The translations under genes and the position numbers were made by a program. Of a DNA stretch of 64,000 nt, positions 26,268 to 36,411 are shown in pieces (positions within the stretch are counted from its first letter, which is position 1; each line of letters opens with the position of its first letter). Origin of the DNA: a virus; IMG/VR virus record IMGVR_UViG_3300038443_002312, positions 1 to 64,000 of that record. One strand, 5' to 3'. The notes below the pieces were generated by a model that was not told the DNA's origin, searched no databases, and saw nothing but the letters and a program-made list of their open reading frames with translations.

Positions 26268-27247
26268 GACCCACCTCCGGGACCGCCCGCGGCGCGGGCG
26301 TGGAACTCGCACCCCAGTTCGGCCGGGGGCGGGAAGTCGGCCGGACTCCGGGTCCGGCCCGCGTCCCGGTACGCCTGCGGGGTGCACTCGCGGACGGGTT
26401 CCGGGACGGCCTTCAGGGCGAGAAGCGACCGTTCGACGGTCGCCAGCTCGTCGGCCGTCATCTCGTACAAGACCCCGGCCCCGTCCGCGCGGCAGTCGCG
26501 CAGGCACGAGTCGATGCTCCCGTCGTCGAAGTTGTGGTCGCCCCAGACGACGTGGGCCGGCCCGTGGTCGAGCAGGTCCCCGCCGTGCGCGGCGTAGACA
26601 TCCCGGATCACCCGCGGCCAGCCCCAGTAGCACAGCCAGCACGACCCGGCGGACGGGGGCGGGTCGGCCGCCCTGGCCGGTGTCGCCACCCCGGCCAGGG
26701 CGGCGGGCGGCGGGAGGACCAGACTCGGGGCGAACCCGTCGAACAGGCTCCGGCCGTACGCCTCCAGGGACGCGGCCGACGCGGCGTAGTTCGCCCCGAT
26801 CGTCGTCATCGTGTCGGCCAGCAGGCGGGCCGGGACGGCCAGGGCGGCCACCACCTCGGTCACACTCGGGGCCACCTGGCGGATGAGTTCGGCCAGGGCG
26901 GCCCCCGGGGCCTGCGGGTCGACCCAGGCGAACCCGGGCTTGCGCAGTTGCCGCAGGAGCCAGTCGAACCCCTCCCCGGTCGCGTCGTGGTCGGGCAAAT
27001 CCTCCAGGGCGTCGGCCAGGATCGGCAGGAGGTCGGCCCGGTGCCCCTTGCGAACCTGGTCGAACAGGATCGCGGCCGTCGCCCCGTAATCGCCCGGCTC
27101 CCAGTACCGGTCGGCCGACTCCTTCCACCCGCCGGCCAGGTACCGGGTGGCGGCGACGAAGTGGCGCAGCTCGCGGTCCCGGTACGCCTCGACCCGGACC
27201 TCGACCCGGCACCCCTTGGCATCAGCAGGGATAGCAAAGAGGGTCAC
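26264..27247 (-). CDS. Hypothetical protein
   Basis: Contains LLPILADALED (Gemmata-type motif) and CWLCYWGW...GPAHVVWGDHNFDD. Confidence 0.55.
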   Translation of the reverse strand: MTLFAIPADAKGCRVEVRVEAYRDRELRHFVAATRYLAGGWKESADRYWEPGDYGATAAILFDQVRKGHRADLLPILADALEDLPDHDATGEGFDWLLRQLRKPGFAWVDPQAPGAALAELIRQVAPSVTEVVAALAVPARLLADTMTTIGANYAASAASLEAYGRSLFDGFAPSLVLPPPAALAGVATPARAADPPPSAGSCWLCYWGWPRVIRDVYAAHGGDLLDHGPAHVVWGDHNFDDGSIDSCLRDCRADGAGVLYEMTADELATVERSLLALKAVPEPVRECTPQAYRDAGRTRSPADFPPPAELGCEFHARAAGGPGGGS

Positions 27248-27720
27248 AGGTCGGCCTCCGGCGCAAACGCCCCCACGTCGATCCCGGCCGCCACGTACAC
27301 CTTGACCAGGGCGCCACGGGTCGCCGCCCCGACCGCGGGCAGGAGGTCGAGCGGGTCCCGGCCGTAGGCGACCCCGACGAGGGCGACCAGCTCCCGGCAC
27401 TCGGCCGCGGATATCGTGGCGGTCCGCTTCTCGGCCTCCCGGGCGGACTCCCAGGCGTCGAACGCGGCCCGCTCGGCCCGGACCCGGACCGGGCACGTCT
27501 CGGCGTGGTCGTGCGGGGCCAGGTACCCGTTCGGCCGCGGGCACCCCGGGCAGTCGAACGGGACGTAGAAGACCCCGCCGAACGAGGACCGCTGGGGCTG
27601 CACCGGGAGGCCGGCGCGGAGGCAGACCGCGCACTCGCCGGCCGGCTCGACCGGCTCGCGGCAGAGGTCCCCGAACCGCCCCCGGTTCTTGCCCAGGCAC
27701 TCGCGGCACACCTTCGGCAT
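27244..27720 (-). CDS. Cys-rich (zinc-binding) hypothetical protein
   Basis: Several CxxC pairs; upstream TGGACG-N17-TAAGAT promoter-like element at 27741-27769. Confidence 0.55.
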   Translation of the reverse strand: MPKVCRECLGKNRGRFGDLCREPVEPAGECAVCLRAGLPVQPQRSSFGGVFYVPFDCPGCPRPNGYLAPHDHAETCPVRVRAERAAFDAWESAREAEKRTATISAAECRELVALVGVAYGRDPLDLLPAVGAATRGALVKVYVAAGIDVGAFAPEADL

Positions 27721-27792
27721 CGTCCGCCCCTCCCGCGAGCATCTTATACTAAATCTGCATCTCCGTCCAGTGCCCCGCCAGCGAATTGGCGG

Positions 27793-28560
27793 TCACCCGT
27801 AGCGGAAGTGCGTCTCGCCGAGCTCGGGGCTGTAGGTGACGGCCCCCGGGCCGAATTTGGCGGCGCACTCGGCGCGCACGAAGGCGACCAGGGCCCCCCA
27901 GTCCTTGCCGGTGGCCAGGGGCGGGCGGACGACCAGATCGACCGGCCGCCCGCCCCGGCGGTGGACCGTGTACCGGCAGTGCAGGCGGGGGTCGGCCGGG
28001 TTGTCCGGGGTCGGGGTGAAGTGGAGGGCGGACGCCCCCTTCCAGATGAGCTGCCCCGGCCCGAACTGGGCGGCGCACGCCTGGTAGGCGGCGGCGAAGA
28101 CGACGGACTCCTGGTCGGCCCCGGGGAAGACGGCGGTCCGGACGTGCAGGGTCTGGTCGAAGTCCCGGTCCGGGCAGGCGACCCGGACGTCGGCCGCGAC
28201 TTGCTCGCGGACCGCGTCGGGCCACCACTCGCGGAACTCCAACTGGGTCCCGAGGACGGGGGCCGGGAGGGCCCGGCACGTCCCGCGGGAGACGCCGAAC
28301 CGGAACCGGCAGGCGGCGGTGATCAGGTCGTCCCGCCACACCCCGCCCGGGGCCGGCGGGCGGACCCCCGGGTCGACGAACCAGACGGCGTGGGCCCGGG
28401 CCCGGTACAGGACCCTCGCGCACACCCGGTCGCCCGGCAGGTCCCGGGCCAGGCCCTGCGGGCGGGTGGCGACGTTCTTCCCGTCTTCGAGCGTCCTGAC
28501 GACCTCGGCGACCCGGTCGTCGGAGGTAATCAGGGGCGCGGGAAACTGGTCGTCAGACAT
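27793..28560 (-). CDS. Hypothetical protein
   Basis: 255-aa ORF, GGAG RBS. Confidence 0.6.
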   Translation of the reverse strand: MSDDQFPAPLITSDDRVAEVVRTLEDGKNVATRPQGLARDLPGDRVCARVLYRARAHAVWFVDPGVRPPAPGGVWRDDLITAACRFRFGVSRGTCRALPAPVLGTQLEFREWWPDAVREQVAADVRVACPDRDFDQTLHVRTAVFPGADQESVVFAAAYQACAAQFGPGQLIWKGASALHFTPTPDNPADPRLHCRYTVHRRGGRPVDLVVRPPLATGKDWGALVAFVRAECAAKFGPGAVTYSPELGETHFRYG

Positions 28561-28562
28561 GG

Positions 28563-29111
28563 TTACTCCTGGAACTCCGATAAGGGCGACCGGTTCGCGT
28601 TCGGCCGGTCGCCCGGACGGGGCAGGGATTCCCCGGCGGTCCCGGTCGCCTCGGGCCCGCCGGCCGACCCGTCGACCCCGGAGCGGCGGGCCCGGGCCTC
28701 GTTCGCCGTCTGGAACCCGGCTTGGAGCAGGTCGCCGACGACGTCGCCGCGGCAGGTCGCCTTGTACGGGTAGTGGAACGGGCTCTGTCGCGGGTCCGGG
28801 CCGAGCGGCGGGACTTCGTGCCGGACGGTCACGTGCACCTCGACCGGCCCGACCAACCGGACCGCCCGGGGCTCGTCGTCCTCGTCGTCCTCGTCGTCGT
28901 CATCCGCCTCGTCGTCCCTGGCGGCCGGCGGGGCAACCCCGGCGGCGGCCATGGCCCGCTCGTGGGCCCACTCGGCCCGCTCGTGGGCCTTGTCGGCCGC
29001 GTCCGTCACCACCCACCAGACCGCCCAGATCAGGACGCCGGCCACGACGGCGGCGCCGGAAGTGGCCCAGTTCACGACTTCCGGGTTGGCCAAGACGCGG
29101 TTCCAGTCCAC
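28563..29111 (-). CDS. Hypothetical membrane protein with acidic tract
   Basis: TM helix then DDEADDDDEDDEDDE. Confidence 0.55.
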   Translation of the reverse strand: MDWNRVLANPEVVNWATSGAAVVAGVLIWAVWWVVTDAADKAHERAEWAHERAMAAAGVAPPAARDDEADDDDEDDEDDEPRAVRLVGPVEVHVTVRHEVPPLGPDPRQSPFHYPYKATCRGDVVGDLLQAGFQTANEARARRSGVDGSAGGPEATGTAGESLPRPGDRPNANRSPLSEFQE

Positions 29112-29128
29112 GGGGAAACTCCGGGGTG

Positions 29129-29353
29129 CTAAGGGGTGACGAGCACGTGCTGGGGCAGGAACAGGTGGCCGAACAGGACGCCGGCCAGGAAGGCCAGGAC
29201 GATGGCGAACCCGCGGTAGCGGACGCTCGTCCGCCACAGCCGGACGCTGATCGTCGCGTCGTTCCCCCGGATCGCGTACGCCAGCACGTCGTACATGAGC
29301 CAGGCGAGCAGCCCGCCCACGATCACCAGGGCGGTCACGGTCGCGTCGGTCAT
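29129..29353 (-). CDS. Small two-TM membrane protein
   Basis: MTDATVTALVIVGGLLAW...TIS..GFAIVLAFLAGVLFGHLF. Confidence 0.6.
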   Translation of the reverse strand: MTDATVTALVIVGGLLAWLMYDVLAYAIRGNDATISVRLWRTSVRYRGFAIVLAFLAGVLFGHLFLPQHVLVTP

Positions 29354-29393
29354 GCGGCCTCCGGGTCCGTCCGGGGCCGCCAAATCCTTGGCG

Positions 29394-30593
29394 TCAGCCC
29401 GCGGGTTCGAGGTTCTTGGGGTCGACGCACTGCTCGCCCCACTCGGCGAACCGCACGGCCAGGCCGGGCGGGTGCGTGCCGGCCGCGCACAGCTTGCACG
29501 CGCACGGCCCCAGGACCTCGCCGACCTCGCCCGTGTGGGACAGGCCAGTGTACCGGACCATCGCCCCGGCGGCAAACGCGGCCGCCCCGGCCACCGGAAC
29601 CGTAATCAGGGGTACGAATTCCGGCGGGACGACGATGCCGCCGCCCGGGGCGGGCGGTTCGACCAGCCGGGTTTCCATCCCCTCGGGCAGGGTGACCGGG
29701 GGTCCGGTGGCCGCCCGGACGGCGGCGGCCGTGGCCGGGTCGACGACCGCGGCAACCGAGACGGGGATGGTCATCCGCCGCGTGGCCAGGGTGATGCCCG
29801 GGCCCAGGGGCTCGGGCGGGTGGGCCAGGGCCAGGCCGGCGGCCAGGCACACGACCTCGCCGACGGCGAACCGGGCCCCCGGGGCCCGGGCCCCCGACTC
29901 GTCCGGGGTCAGCCACTCGGCCAGGAACGACCAGTGGATGCCCGCGAGGTGCACGACGGGGCGGCCCGTCTCGACCTTCTCGACGGTCGCCGCCCTCCCG
30001 CCCAGGGCGTTCATCTGCTCGACCCAGAAGACGCCCACGTCCCGGCCGGACACCCGACTGCCGGCCGCGGGCGGGGTGTCGGTCACCCGCACCCGGTCGC
30101 CGACCGCGTACCGGACCCGGGCGACCACCCGCAGGTCCTTCTCGGAACAGTGGACGACCCCCCGGCCGGTCTTGACCTCGACCGTCGTCCCGGTCGCGAA
30201 CGTGGCCCAGCCGGTCACCTCGCCGACGCACCGCCCGCCCGGCCCCTCGGCCCAGACGACCGTGTCCTGGATGCGGACCCGACCCAGGACATCCGGGCGT
30301 GCCGGCCCGGCCGCGACCGGCATCCCGCCCTCGGCCCGGGCGGCCGCCACGAACCGGCTCACCGGGGTCGGCGGCGCGGCGAACGCCGGGAACACCGGCT
30401 CCGGGGCCTCCGCCGTCCCGCCCAGGTTCGCGTGCTCGTACAGGAACTCGACCGCCGCGAGGTCGGCGCTCCGCCGGGTCGCGATCAGGGCGGCCCCCGC
30501 CGGCAGGCCGCCGGTGACGGCGAAGGCCGGCGCCCCGTGGGTGAACCACTCCGCCAGCACGTCGGCGGTCACCCGCACCATCCCGAATCCCAT
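29394..30593 (-). CDS. Hypothetical protein with repeated SH3/KOW-like modules
   Basis: RYAVGDRVRV, RFAVGEVV and FAAGAMVRY repeats. Confidence 0.55.
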   Translation of the reverse strand: MGFGMVRVTADVLAEWFTHGAPAFAVTGGLPAGAALIATRRSADLAAVEFLYEHANLGGTAEAPEPVFPAFAAPPTPVSRFVAAARAEGGMPVAAGPARPDVLGRVRIQDTVVWAEGPGGRCVGEVTGWATFATGTTVEVKTGRGVVHCSEKDLRVVARVRYAVGDRVRVTDTPPAAGSRVSGRDVGVFWVEQMNALGGRAATVEKVETGRPVVHLAGIHWSFLAEWLTPDESGARAPGARFAVGEVVCLAAGLALAHPPEPLGPGITLATRRMTIPVSVAAVVDPATAAAVRAATGPPVTLPEGMETRLVEPPAPGGGIVVPPEFVPLITVPVAGAAAFAAGAMVRYTGLSHTGEVGEVLGPCACKLCAAGTHPPGLAVRFAEWGEQCVDPKNLEPAG

Positions 30594-30636
30594 GTCGTCC
30601 CTCCGTTCGGGTTCCGAACTAGCCCGGGGCCCGCCA

Positions 30637-30978
30637 CTAGGCCCCCGCGGTCGCCTTCTTCCGCCCGGGCTTGCCGGGCGCCTTGGCCGCCGGCCGGGCC
30701 GCCTTCGCCCGCGCCCGGTACTCCTCCCACGGCATCTCGTACACCCCGTACTCGGCCGCCTCCCGGCCGAGGTCGGTCAGCGTGTACGTGGCGGCCAGCG
30801 GGTCGGGCCCCGCCTCGGCCACGGCCAGCAGGCCGATCGCGACCAGGTCGGCCAGGAAGCCCCCGCCCTTGGTCCGCCGGCTCATGTCCATCCGGAGCGT
30901 GTGCCCCGGGGACGGCTTCCGGGTCCGGGCGACCTGGCGGAGGGCCCGCCATTCGAGGTGGCGGATGTGGAACTGCAC
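30637..30978 (-). CDS. Hypothetical winged-helix-like protein
   Basis: FLADLVAIGLL...YTLTDLGREAA; GGAG RBS. Confidence 0.55.
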   Translation of the reverse strand: MQFHIRHLEWRALRQVARTRKPSPGHTLRMDMSRRTKGGGFLADLVAIGLLAVAEAGPDPLAATYTLTDLGREAAEYGVYEMPWEEYRARAKAARPAAKAPGKPGRKKATAGA

Positions 30979-31054
30979 GGCGGGGGTCTCCTGTTTATCT
31001 GGTCGGGAAATTCGGAGTTCAACATCTCTCCGGATATGCCGACTGTTCAAATCT

Positions 31055-31083
31055 AATCTATACCAGACACATGGCGGGGTCAA
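31055..31083 (-). promoter_or_regulatory. Sigma70-like promoter
   Basis: TTGACC-N17-TAGATT, same architecture as the 16855 promoter. Confidence 0.65.
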
Positions 31084-31720
31084 GCGGCGGGAGGCCGGCG
31101 GCCTGGCGGCCGAGTCCGACCAGGGCGGCGGACACCGCCCGCAGGGCCGCCGCCCGGTCGGCGAAGATTAGACTGCGGGCGTCGGACAGGGCGCACAGCC
31201 GGGCGGACGGGACGGCCCGCCACAGGTGGTCGAACAGGTCGTCGGGCAGGCGGTACGTCGGGGCCGGCGGGTACCCGATCCAGGCCCCGCCCGGGAGCCA
31301 GTGGCACGGGCGCAGGGGGCCGTGCGGCTGGCGGGGCTCCCACATGAAGACCTCGACGCGATCGACCGGGTGGCGGCGGAACCAGTCCGGGAAGTAGGCG
31401 TACCAGGTGGAGGCGGCGACGTACAGGTCGGCCACGAACCCGCGGCGGAACGCGACGTGCTGGGGGGCCAGGGGACTCGCCCACCGCCGGCCGTGCCCGA
31501 CAATCAGGGCCGCGGCCCGGCCGAGGCGGCGGCTCGTGGCCCCGGGGTCGGCCGGGTCGTCGGCCGCGCACTGGAGGCGGATGAGTTCCGCCCGGGCCGG
31601 GTCGCCGTGCTCGTCCAGCCAGTCGGCGAAGACGAGTCGGTGCGCGTCCTCGGCCGGGTCGGCCAGGACCCGGGCCAGGAACTTGCCGGCGTCGGGGTGG
31701 TCGTACGGGGCGTCGGTCAT
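31058..31720 (-). CDS. TIGR02996-domain protein
   Basis: FLARVLADPAEDAHRLVFADWLDEHGDPARAELIRLQC...FRRGFV. Confidence 0.85.
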   Translation of the reverse strand: MTDAPYDHPDAGKFLARVLADPAEDAHRLVFADWLDEHGDPARAELIRLQCAADDPADPGATSRRLGRAAALIVGHGRRWASPLAPQHVAFRRGFVADLYVAASTWYAYFPDWFRRHPVDRVEVFMWEPRQPHGPLRPCHWLPGGAWIGYPPAPTYRLPDDLFDHLWRAVPSARLCALSDARSLIFADRAAALRAVSAALVGLGRQAAGLPPLDPAMCLV

Positions 31721-31743
31721 GGGTGGTGCCAACCCCTTGGCGG

Positions 31744-32517
31744 TCACTCGGGCTCGTCGGCGTCGGCGGGCGGCGGGAGCAGGCCGTTGAGCAGCATGAG
31801 GCGGATCACCCGGTCCCGGAGGCCCGGCGGCCGCCCGGGCGGGGGCTCGGGCCGCCGCGCCTCGGCCAGGCGGTCCAGGGCGGCCCGGATGGCGGCGTGG
31901 TTCTCTTCCAGCGGGCGGGGGTGGCCTTGGGCGGAGGCGATGGCGGCCTCGACCTGGTCGTCGGCCGCCTCCATCGTCAGGGGCGGCAGGCCGTTGCGGC
32001 GGCGGATCTCGGCCACCTGCCCGCGGATCTCCTCCAGTTCGGCCCGCAGGCGGCGGACCTCCTCTTCCCGGTACCGGGCCAGGTCGCGTTCCAGGTCCGC
32101 CCGCGGGACGAAGACCGCCCCGGCCTCCCGGGCGGCGGCCTCGGCCTCCCCCTCGTCGCGGATCTTCTCGGTCAGCAGCCAGTCGGGGCACTCGCCCGTG
32201 AGCAATTGCACGGCCAGGGCCGCGGCGTCGGCCGACGGGCGGTGCCCGTCGGGCAGGGCGGACGCGGTGTTCCCGAACGCGGTCACCTCCAGGAGCCCGA
32301 GGCGGTGCCGGCCGTGCTCGCGGAGGAAGCGGACGGCGCTCGGGACCGGCCAGATCATGGGGTCGTTGCCGGCGACGGCGAACAGGTAGTCCCACGCGGC
32401 CGACACGAGCGGCCAGGCCCGGTACAGGGCGGCGGGCAGGTCGGGGTTCGGCCCGACGCTCGCGGACGTGCGGCCCGCGCAGTCGTGGCACTGGTAGGCG
32501 TAGTACCCGCTCGACAT
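31744..32517 (-). CDS. Hypothetical protein (coiled coil)
   Basis: 257-aa ORF, GGAG RBS. Confidence 0.55.
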   Translation of the reverse strand: MSSGYYAYQCHDCAGRTSASVGPNPDLPAALYRAWPLVSAAWDYLFAVAGNDPMIWPVPSAVRFLREHGRHRLGLLEVTAFGNTASALPDGHRPSADAAALAVQLLTGECPDWLLTEKIRDEGEAEAAAREAGAVFVPRADLERDLARYREEEVRRLRAELEEIRGQVAEIRRRNGLPPLTMEAADDQVEAAIASAQGHPRPLEENHAAIRAALDRLAEARRPEPPPGRPPGLRDRVIRLMLLNGLLPPPADADEPE

Positions 32518-32536
32518 CCGCGGAACTCCTCCGAAG

Positions 32537-32833
32537 TCAGGTCTCGCCCGCGGCCAGCCGGCCGGCCAGGTCGTCGGCCAGTTGGCACACGGGGATCAGA
32601 TCGTCCGGGTTGGCCAGCACGGCCAGGGCGAGCCGGGCGGCGTCGGCCTGAAGCGGGGTAAGTTGCGGTCGCCACTCCCCGCACCAGTCGCCCGCGTACA
32701 CCGTCGGCCGCCGGAGGCCGTCCGCGACCAAGGGCGGGTGCCGGGCACACCTCCCGACGACGCCCACCGGGACCGGCTCCGCCGGCGGGTAGCCCATCAG
32801 GAACCGGCAGTTCGTGCATACCCGGTCGGTCAT
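32537..32833 (-). CDS. Cys-rich hypothetical protein
   Basis: CTNCRF...GRCARHPP..DWCGEW. Confidence 0.6.
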   Translation of the reverse strand: MTDRVCTNCRFLMGYPPAEPVPVGVVGRCARHPPLVADGLRRPTVYAGDWCGEWRPQLTPLQADAARLALAVLANPDDLIPVCQLADDLAGRLAAGET

Positions 32834-32855
32834 CGTGGCCCCTGGGGAACGGGGA

Positions 32856-33233
32856 TCACCAATACCGCACCTCACCCGCGGCCGGCAAGCCGGCCTGACG
32901 ATCCTGGTCGAGCGAGAACCGCCGGGCGTAGCCGACCACCTTCATGTCATCCCACCCGGCCTTCAGCGTCCGAATGTCGAACGGCCCGCTGGGCCGGAAC
33001 CGCCACGGGGCCTTCCCGTCGGCCTCCACGTCCCCGACGCCGAAGATGAGGGCGTAGTGTTCCATGACCGAGACGATCGCCCCCAGGCAGAACGCCCCGG
33101 GGTCCCGCGTGGGCTTGATCGGGTCGGCCGGCTCCCACCCGCACCCGTCGACGGCCTCCCACTCCCACCCTTCGGTGTTACTGAACACCGCCGTCCCGTC
33201 GCCGATGATAACGTCGAAAACACGGGTCAACAC
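32856..33233 (-). CDS. Hypothetical protein (paralog of 33742-34101)
   Basis: EGWEWEA..DG.CGWEP..DPGAFCLGAIV..GWDDMKVVG shared with the 33742 ORF. Confidence 0.55.
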   Translation of the reverse strand: MLTRVFDVIIGDGTAVFSNTEGWEWEAVDGCGWEPADPIKPTRDPGAFCLGAIVSVMEHYALIFGVGDVEADGKAPWRFRPSGPFDIRTLKAGWDDMKVVGYARRFSLDQDRQAGLPAAGEVRYW

Positions 33234-33745
33234 GGCCGGCCTCCAACCGCGGGTTCCGTAACCACCGTCCCGTCCGACAGGAACTCGCCCGGCTGCGGGG
33301 CCAGGGGGTCGGTGAACTGGGTGACCGACCCGTCCCCGCGGAAGACGACGCTCACCTTGTTCTGCCGCGCGTCCAGGCACCCGTCCCCGCCGACATCCCA
33401 CTGCCGGCACGCGTCCGGCCGCCACGCGTACTGGGCGCACCGGCCCGTCCCCCGGTCGAGCCACAGGCACGGGGACCCGGAGGGGTCGGCGGCCAAGTCC
33501 CGTAAGACCGCCGCGTGGGCCGCCCGGACCGCCTCCGGCATGGCCAGGAACAGGTTTTGTTCGAGCAACACCGACCGGAACCGCGGCGGGAGCAGTTCCG
33601 GGGTGTCGGCGAACTCGGCCAGGGTCGCCAGCCGCGGGTCACCCCCGAGGTCCGGGTTGCGGCACTCGAACGGCGGCAGGCCAATGGATTGGCAGCACTT
33701 GCCACCGCACGCCGCACACGGCTCGATCTGGGGGAGCGGGATCAA
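33227..33745 (-). CDS. YkgJ-family cysteine-cluster protein
   Basis: CAACGGKCC...PCLWLD..GRCAQYAWRPDACR. Confidence 0.75.
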   Translation of the reverse strand: MIPLPQIEPCAACGGKCCQSIGLPPFECRNPDLGGDPRLATLAEFADTPELLPPRFRSVLLEQNLFLAMPEAVRAAHAAVLRDLAADPSGSPCLWLDRGTGRCAQYAWRPDACRQWDVGGDGCLDARQNKVSVVFRGDGSVTQFTDPLAPQPGEFLSDGTVVTEPAVGGRPC

Positions 33746-34101
33746 GACGCCTCCGTGACCGGGGCGGCCGGGAACTTGCACCGCCTCGCCTGCCCGACCA
33801 CCTCCATGTCCGCCCAGCCGCCCGCTAAGGCCGCGGTCATGTCCGTCACGCCGGGCGGGGCGGTGAACGACATCCGCCACACCGGCCGGCCGTCCGCCGC
33901 CGGCTCCGGCCCCTCGACCAGGCCGTAAGCGGCCCCGACGCGGACGATGGCCCCGGGGCACAGGCACCCCGGGTTGTCCGCCACCCGGACCGGGCCGGTC
34001 TTGACCGCCGGCTCGTACCCGCAGGACCGGCCGTCCCGCTCGGCCGCCTCGAACTCCCACCCCTCGCCCGTCGCGGGGAAGTCGTGAATCATAAGGTGCA
34101 T
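33742..34101 (-). CDS. Hypothetical protein (paralog of 32856-33233)
   Basis: EGWEFEA..DG.SCGYEP..NPGCLCPGAIV..GWADMEVVG. Confidence 0.55.
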   Translation of the reverse strand: MHLMIHDFPATGEGWEFEAAERDGRSCGYEPAVKTGPVRVADNPGCLCPGAIVRVGAAYGLVEGPEPAADGRPVWRMSFTAPPGVTDMTAALAGGWADMEVVGQARRCKFPAAPVTEAS

Positions 34102-35018
34102 GTCGCCTCCAGTCCGCTCAGTTTCAGGTACACCGCCAGACACGCCTCCGCGTCCCGCCCGGCGTGGTGGTGGGACGCGAGCCGGATACCCAGTCTTTGA
34201 CAGACCTCCGGCAGCTTATTCCCGGCCTTCCTGCCCCATTTTCGCTGGGACAGGGCCAGGGTACAGGCCCAATTCAGGGGCGGGCACGGGGCCACCGCGT
34301 CGGACAGGCAGGCCAGGAGGACCCGGCGGTCGAACGAGACGTTGTGGGCCACGACGACGTCGGCCCGCCCGACCAGAATCCCCAGCCAGTCCCGCCAGTG
34401 GTCGCCGAACACCGGCTCGGTCTCGACCCGGGCCGCCGAGATCCCGTGGATCTGGACGAACCGGGGCAGGAAGGCGCCGCGGGCCGGGCGGACGAGCCGG
34501 GCGTGCCGCTCGGTCAGTCGCCCCGCCTCCCAGGCCGCCACCCCGACCGCGCACGCGCTGCCCGGGTTCTCGTTCGCCGTCTCGAAGTCGATGGCGACGA
34601 CCCGGGCCGGGGCGGGCGGACGGGCGGGCCCGTCAGGTACGCCCACGCCGCCCGCCCCCAGTCCCGGCACGCCGCCCGGAAGTCCCGGGCGAACGCCCGG
34701 TCCGCGGCCGGGTCGTTGCTCGGGATCAGGACGAGCGGGACCGCCGCCAGGAGGGCCGCCCCCTGGAGGACCCACCGGCAGAACCCCCGGGGACTGTCCA
34801 CGGTGGCCGACCTCCCGCTCGACGTGCTCCAGGATCTTGGCCCGGGCGGCCGCCACTGCCTCGGCTGCCCCCACCTTCCTCGACGCCGCCGCGTGCTCGG
34901 CCTCGGCCCACGCGACCCGCAGGTCGAACGGGACGAGCCGCCAGTGGGCCGGGCAGAGCAGTTGCCCGGCCGCCACGTGGCACCGGCAGGCCGGCAACTG
35001 GCAGACGGGGCGGTCCAC
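34089..35018 (-). CDS. DEDDh 3'-5' exonuclease (DnaQ-like); N-terminal part may be a separate gene
   Basis: VAIDFETAN (ExoI), VVAHNVSFD (ExoII), HHHAGRDA (ExoIII). Confidence 0.8.
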   Translation of the reverse strand: MDRPVCQLPACRCHVAAGQLLCPAHWRLVPFDLRVAWAEAEHAAASRKVGAAEAVAAARAKILEHVEREVGHRGQSPGVLPVGPPGGGPPGGGPARPDPEQRPGRGPGVRPGLPGGVPGLGAGGVGVPDGPARPPAPARVVAIDFETANENPGSACAVGVAAWEAGRLTERHARLVRPARGAFLPRFVQIHGISAARVETEPVFGDHWRDWLGILVGRADVVVAHNVSFDRRVLLACLSDAVAPCPPLNWACTLALSQRKWGRKAGNKLPEVCQRLGIRLASHHHAGRDAEACLAVYLKLSGLEATCTL

Positions 35019-35522
35019 GGTCGGCCTCCTACCACGTCCACCGGCCGATCTGGACGGCGACCGCGGCGAGGCTCGCCCCGACCGCCGCCCCGAGCCAGAC
35101 CCCGACCCACAACCCGCCCCGGTACCCGCGGTCGAACGCCCGGCCGACGACCAGCCCGATCAGGGGTGCCGGCAACTCGCCGGACGTCCCGCCCCGGGCG
35201 CGATCGATCAGCACGTCCAGGGCCGCGTCATCGACGATCTTCACCAGCGGTTTCATCGGACCTCCCGGTTAGCGGTTGCCCGCCGCCGCGGCGTGGGCGG
35301 CGGCCAGTTCGGCCCGCAGCCGCAGGACCTCCTCGGCCAGGGCCGCCGCGTCGGCGTCCAGGGCGAACGTGTCGACCCCGCCCCGCCCGGCCCCTTCGGC
35401 TTTCAACCGGGACCGGGTCCACGCCACCCGCTCCCCGCACCGCTCGCGGCGGAACCGGTACGGGCCGAGGTCGACCTCGACCACCTCGTCGGGCTTGTTC
35501 GCCTGCGCCATCGCCCGCCTCC

Positions 35523-36071
35523 TCAGCACGAACAGCTCAGGAACGCCTGGGCCGGGTCGGCCGGCGGGTCCCGGCCGGTCACGAGCGCCCAGGCCGCCCA
35601 GAACTTCCCGTACGACCACTCGTCCTTGTACATCGTGTCCCGCCAGTGCTCCCCGCCGTGCTCGACCAGGTAGTCGTCGAACGTGACCGAATCGTCGGCC
35701 GCGCCCAGGAGCCGGTCGTACGACATCCGCCCGTCGTGCTCGTGGACGCCGGAATGCACCCGCCCGTCCCGGTCCGTCCACTCCCACGCCTCCGCCGTCG
35801 GGGGCCCCTGGTCCAGCTCCGCGACCAGGGCGTCGATCCACGCGACCGCGTCGGCGGACTCCCGGGAGAAGGCGAGCGCGACGAACCGCTCCCGGGCCCA
35901 CCGCGGCAGGTCGTCCCGGCGCATCTCGGCCAGGGCCGCCTGGTCGGCGTACCCGGCCTCTTCGAGCAGGTCGGCGAGGACCGGGAGGGCCGAGTAGTCC
36001 CGGGCCTCGCGCAGCGCGGCACACATCGCCCGGACCGCCTCGGTCCGCCACCGCGGGTCGGCGTCAGCCAC
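35523..36071 (-). CDS. Hypothetical protein with Gemmata-type 'P.WRT..V...LPVLADLLEEAG' motif
   Basis: DPRWRTEAVRAMC..DYSALPVLADLLEEAGY. Confidence 0.6.
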   Translation of the reverse strand: MADADPRWRTEAVRAMCAALREARDYSALPVLADLLEEAGYADQAALAEMRRDDLPRWARERFVALAFSRESADAVAWIDALVAELDQGPPTAEAWEWTDRDGRVHSGVHEHDGRMSYDRLLGAADDSVTFDDYLVEHGGEHWRDTMYKDEWSYGKFWAAWALVTGRDPPADPAQAFLSCSC

Positions 36072-36411
36072 GGCCGGCGCCCTCCGCCGGGGCCGCCGCG
36101 GGCAGGACCGCCTCGGCCGGGACGTGCGGGTGGGTCCAGGCGTGCCGCAGGCTGGTGACCGTGCCGGGGATGAGGAACAGGTAAAAGGTCTCGCCCGGCT
36201 TGACCGCGGCGTCGAGGAACGGGTCGACCACGCCGAGGACCCGGGCCGGGTACTTGCCGGCCGACCCGTCGGCGTACAGCCCGCACTTCCGGCCGGGGTC
36301 CATCGCCTCGGCGGCGACCACCGGCAGGACCGCCACGTGGATCGCGTCCCGCGTCGCCCCCGGCCCGGCCAACTGCCCGACCGGGACCTTCTCCTGCTGC
36401 GGCCTGCTCAT
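36064..36411 (-). CDS. Hypothetical phage protein
   Basis: RDAIHVAVLPV...GVVDPFL...PGTVTSLRHAWTHP. Confidence 0.6.
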   Translation of the reverse strand: MSRPQQEKVPVGQLAGPGATRDAIHVAVLPVVAAEAMDPGRKCGLYADGSAGKYPARVLGVVDPFLDAAVKPGETFYLFLIPGTVTSLRHAWTHPHVPAEAVLPAAAPAEGAGRG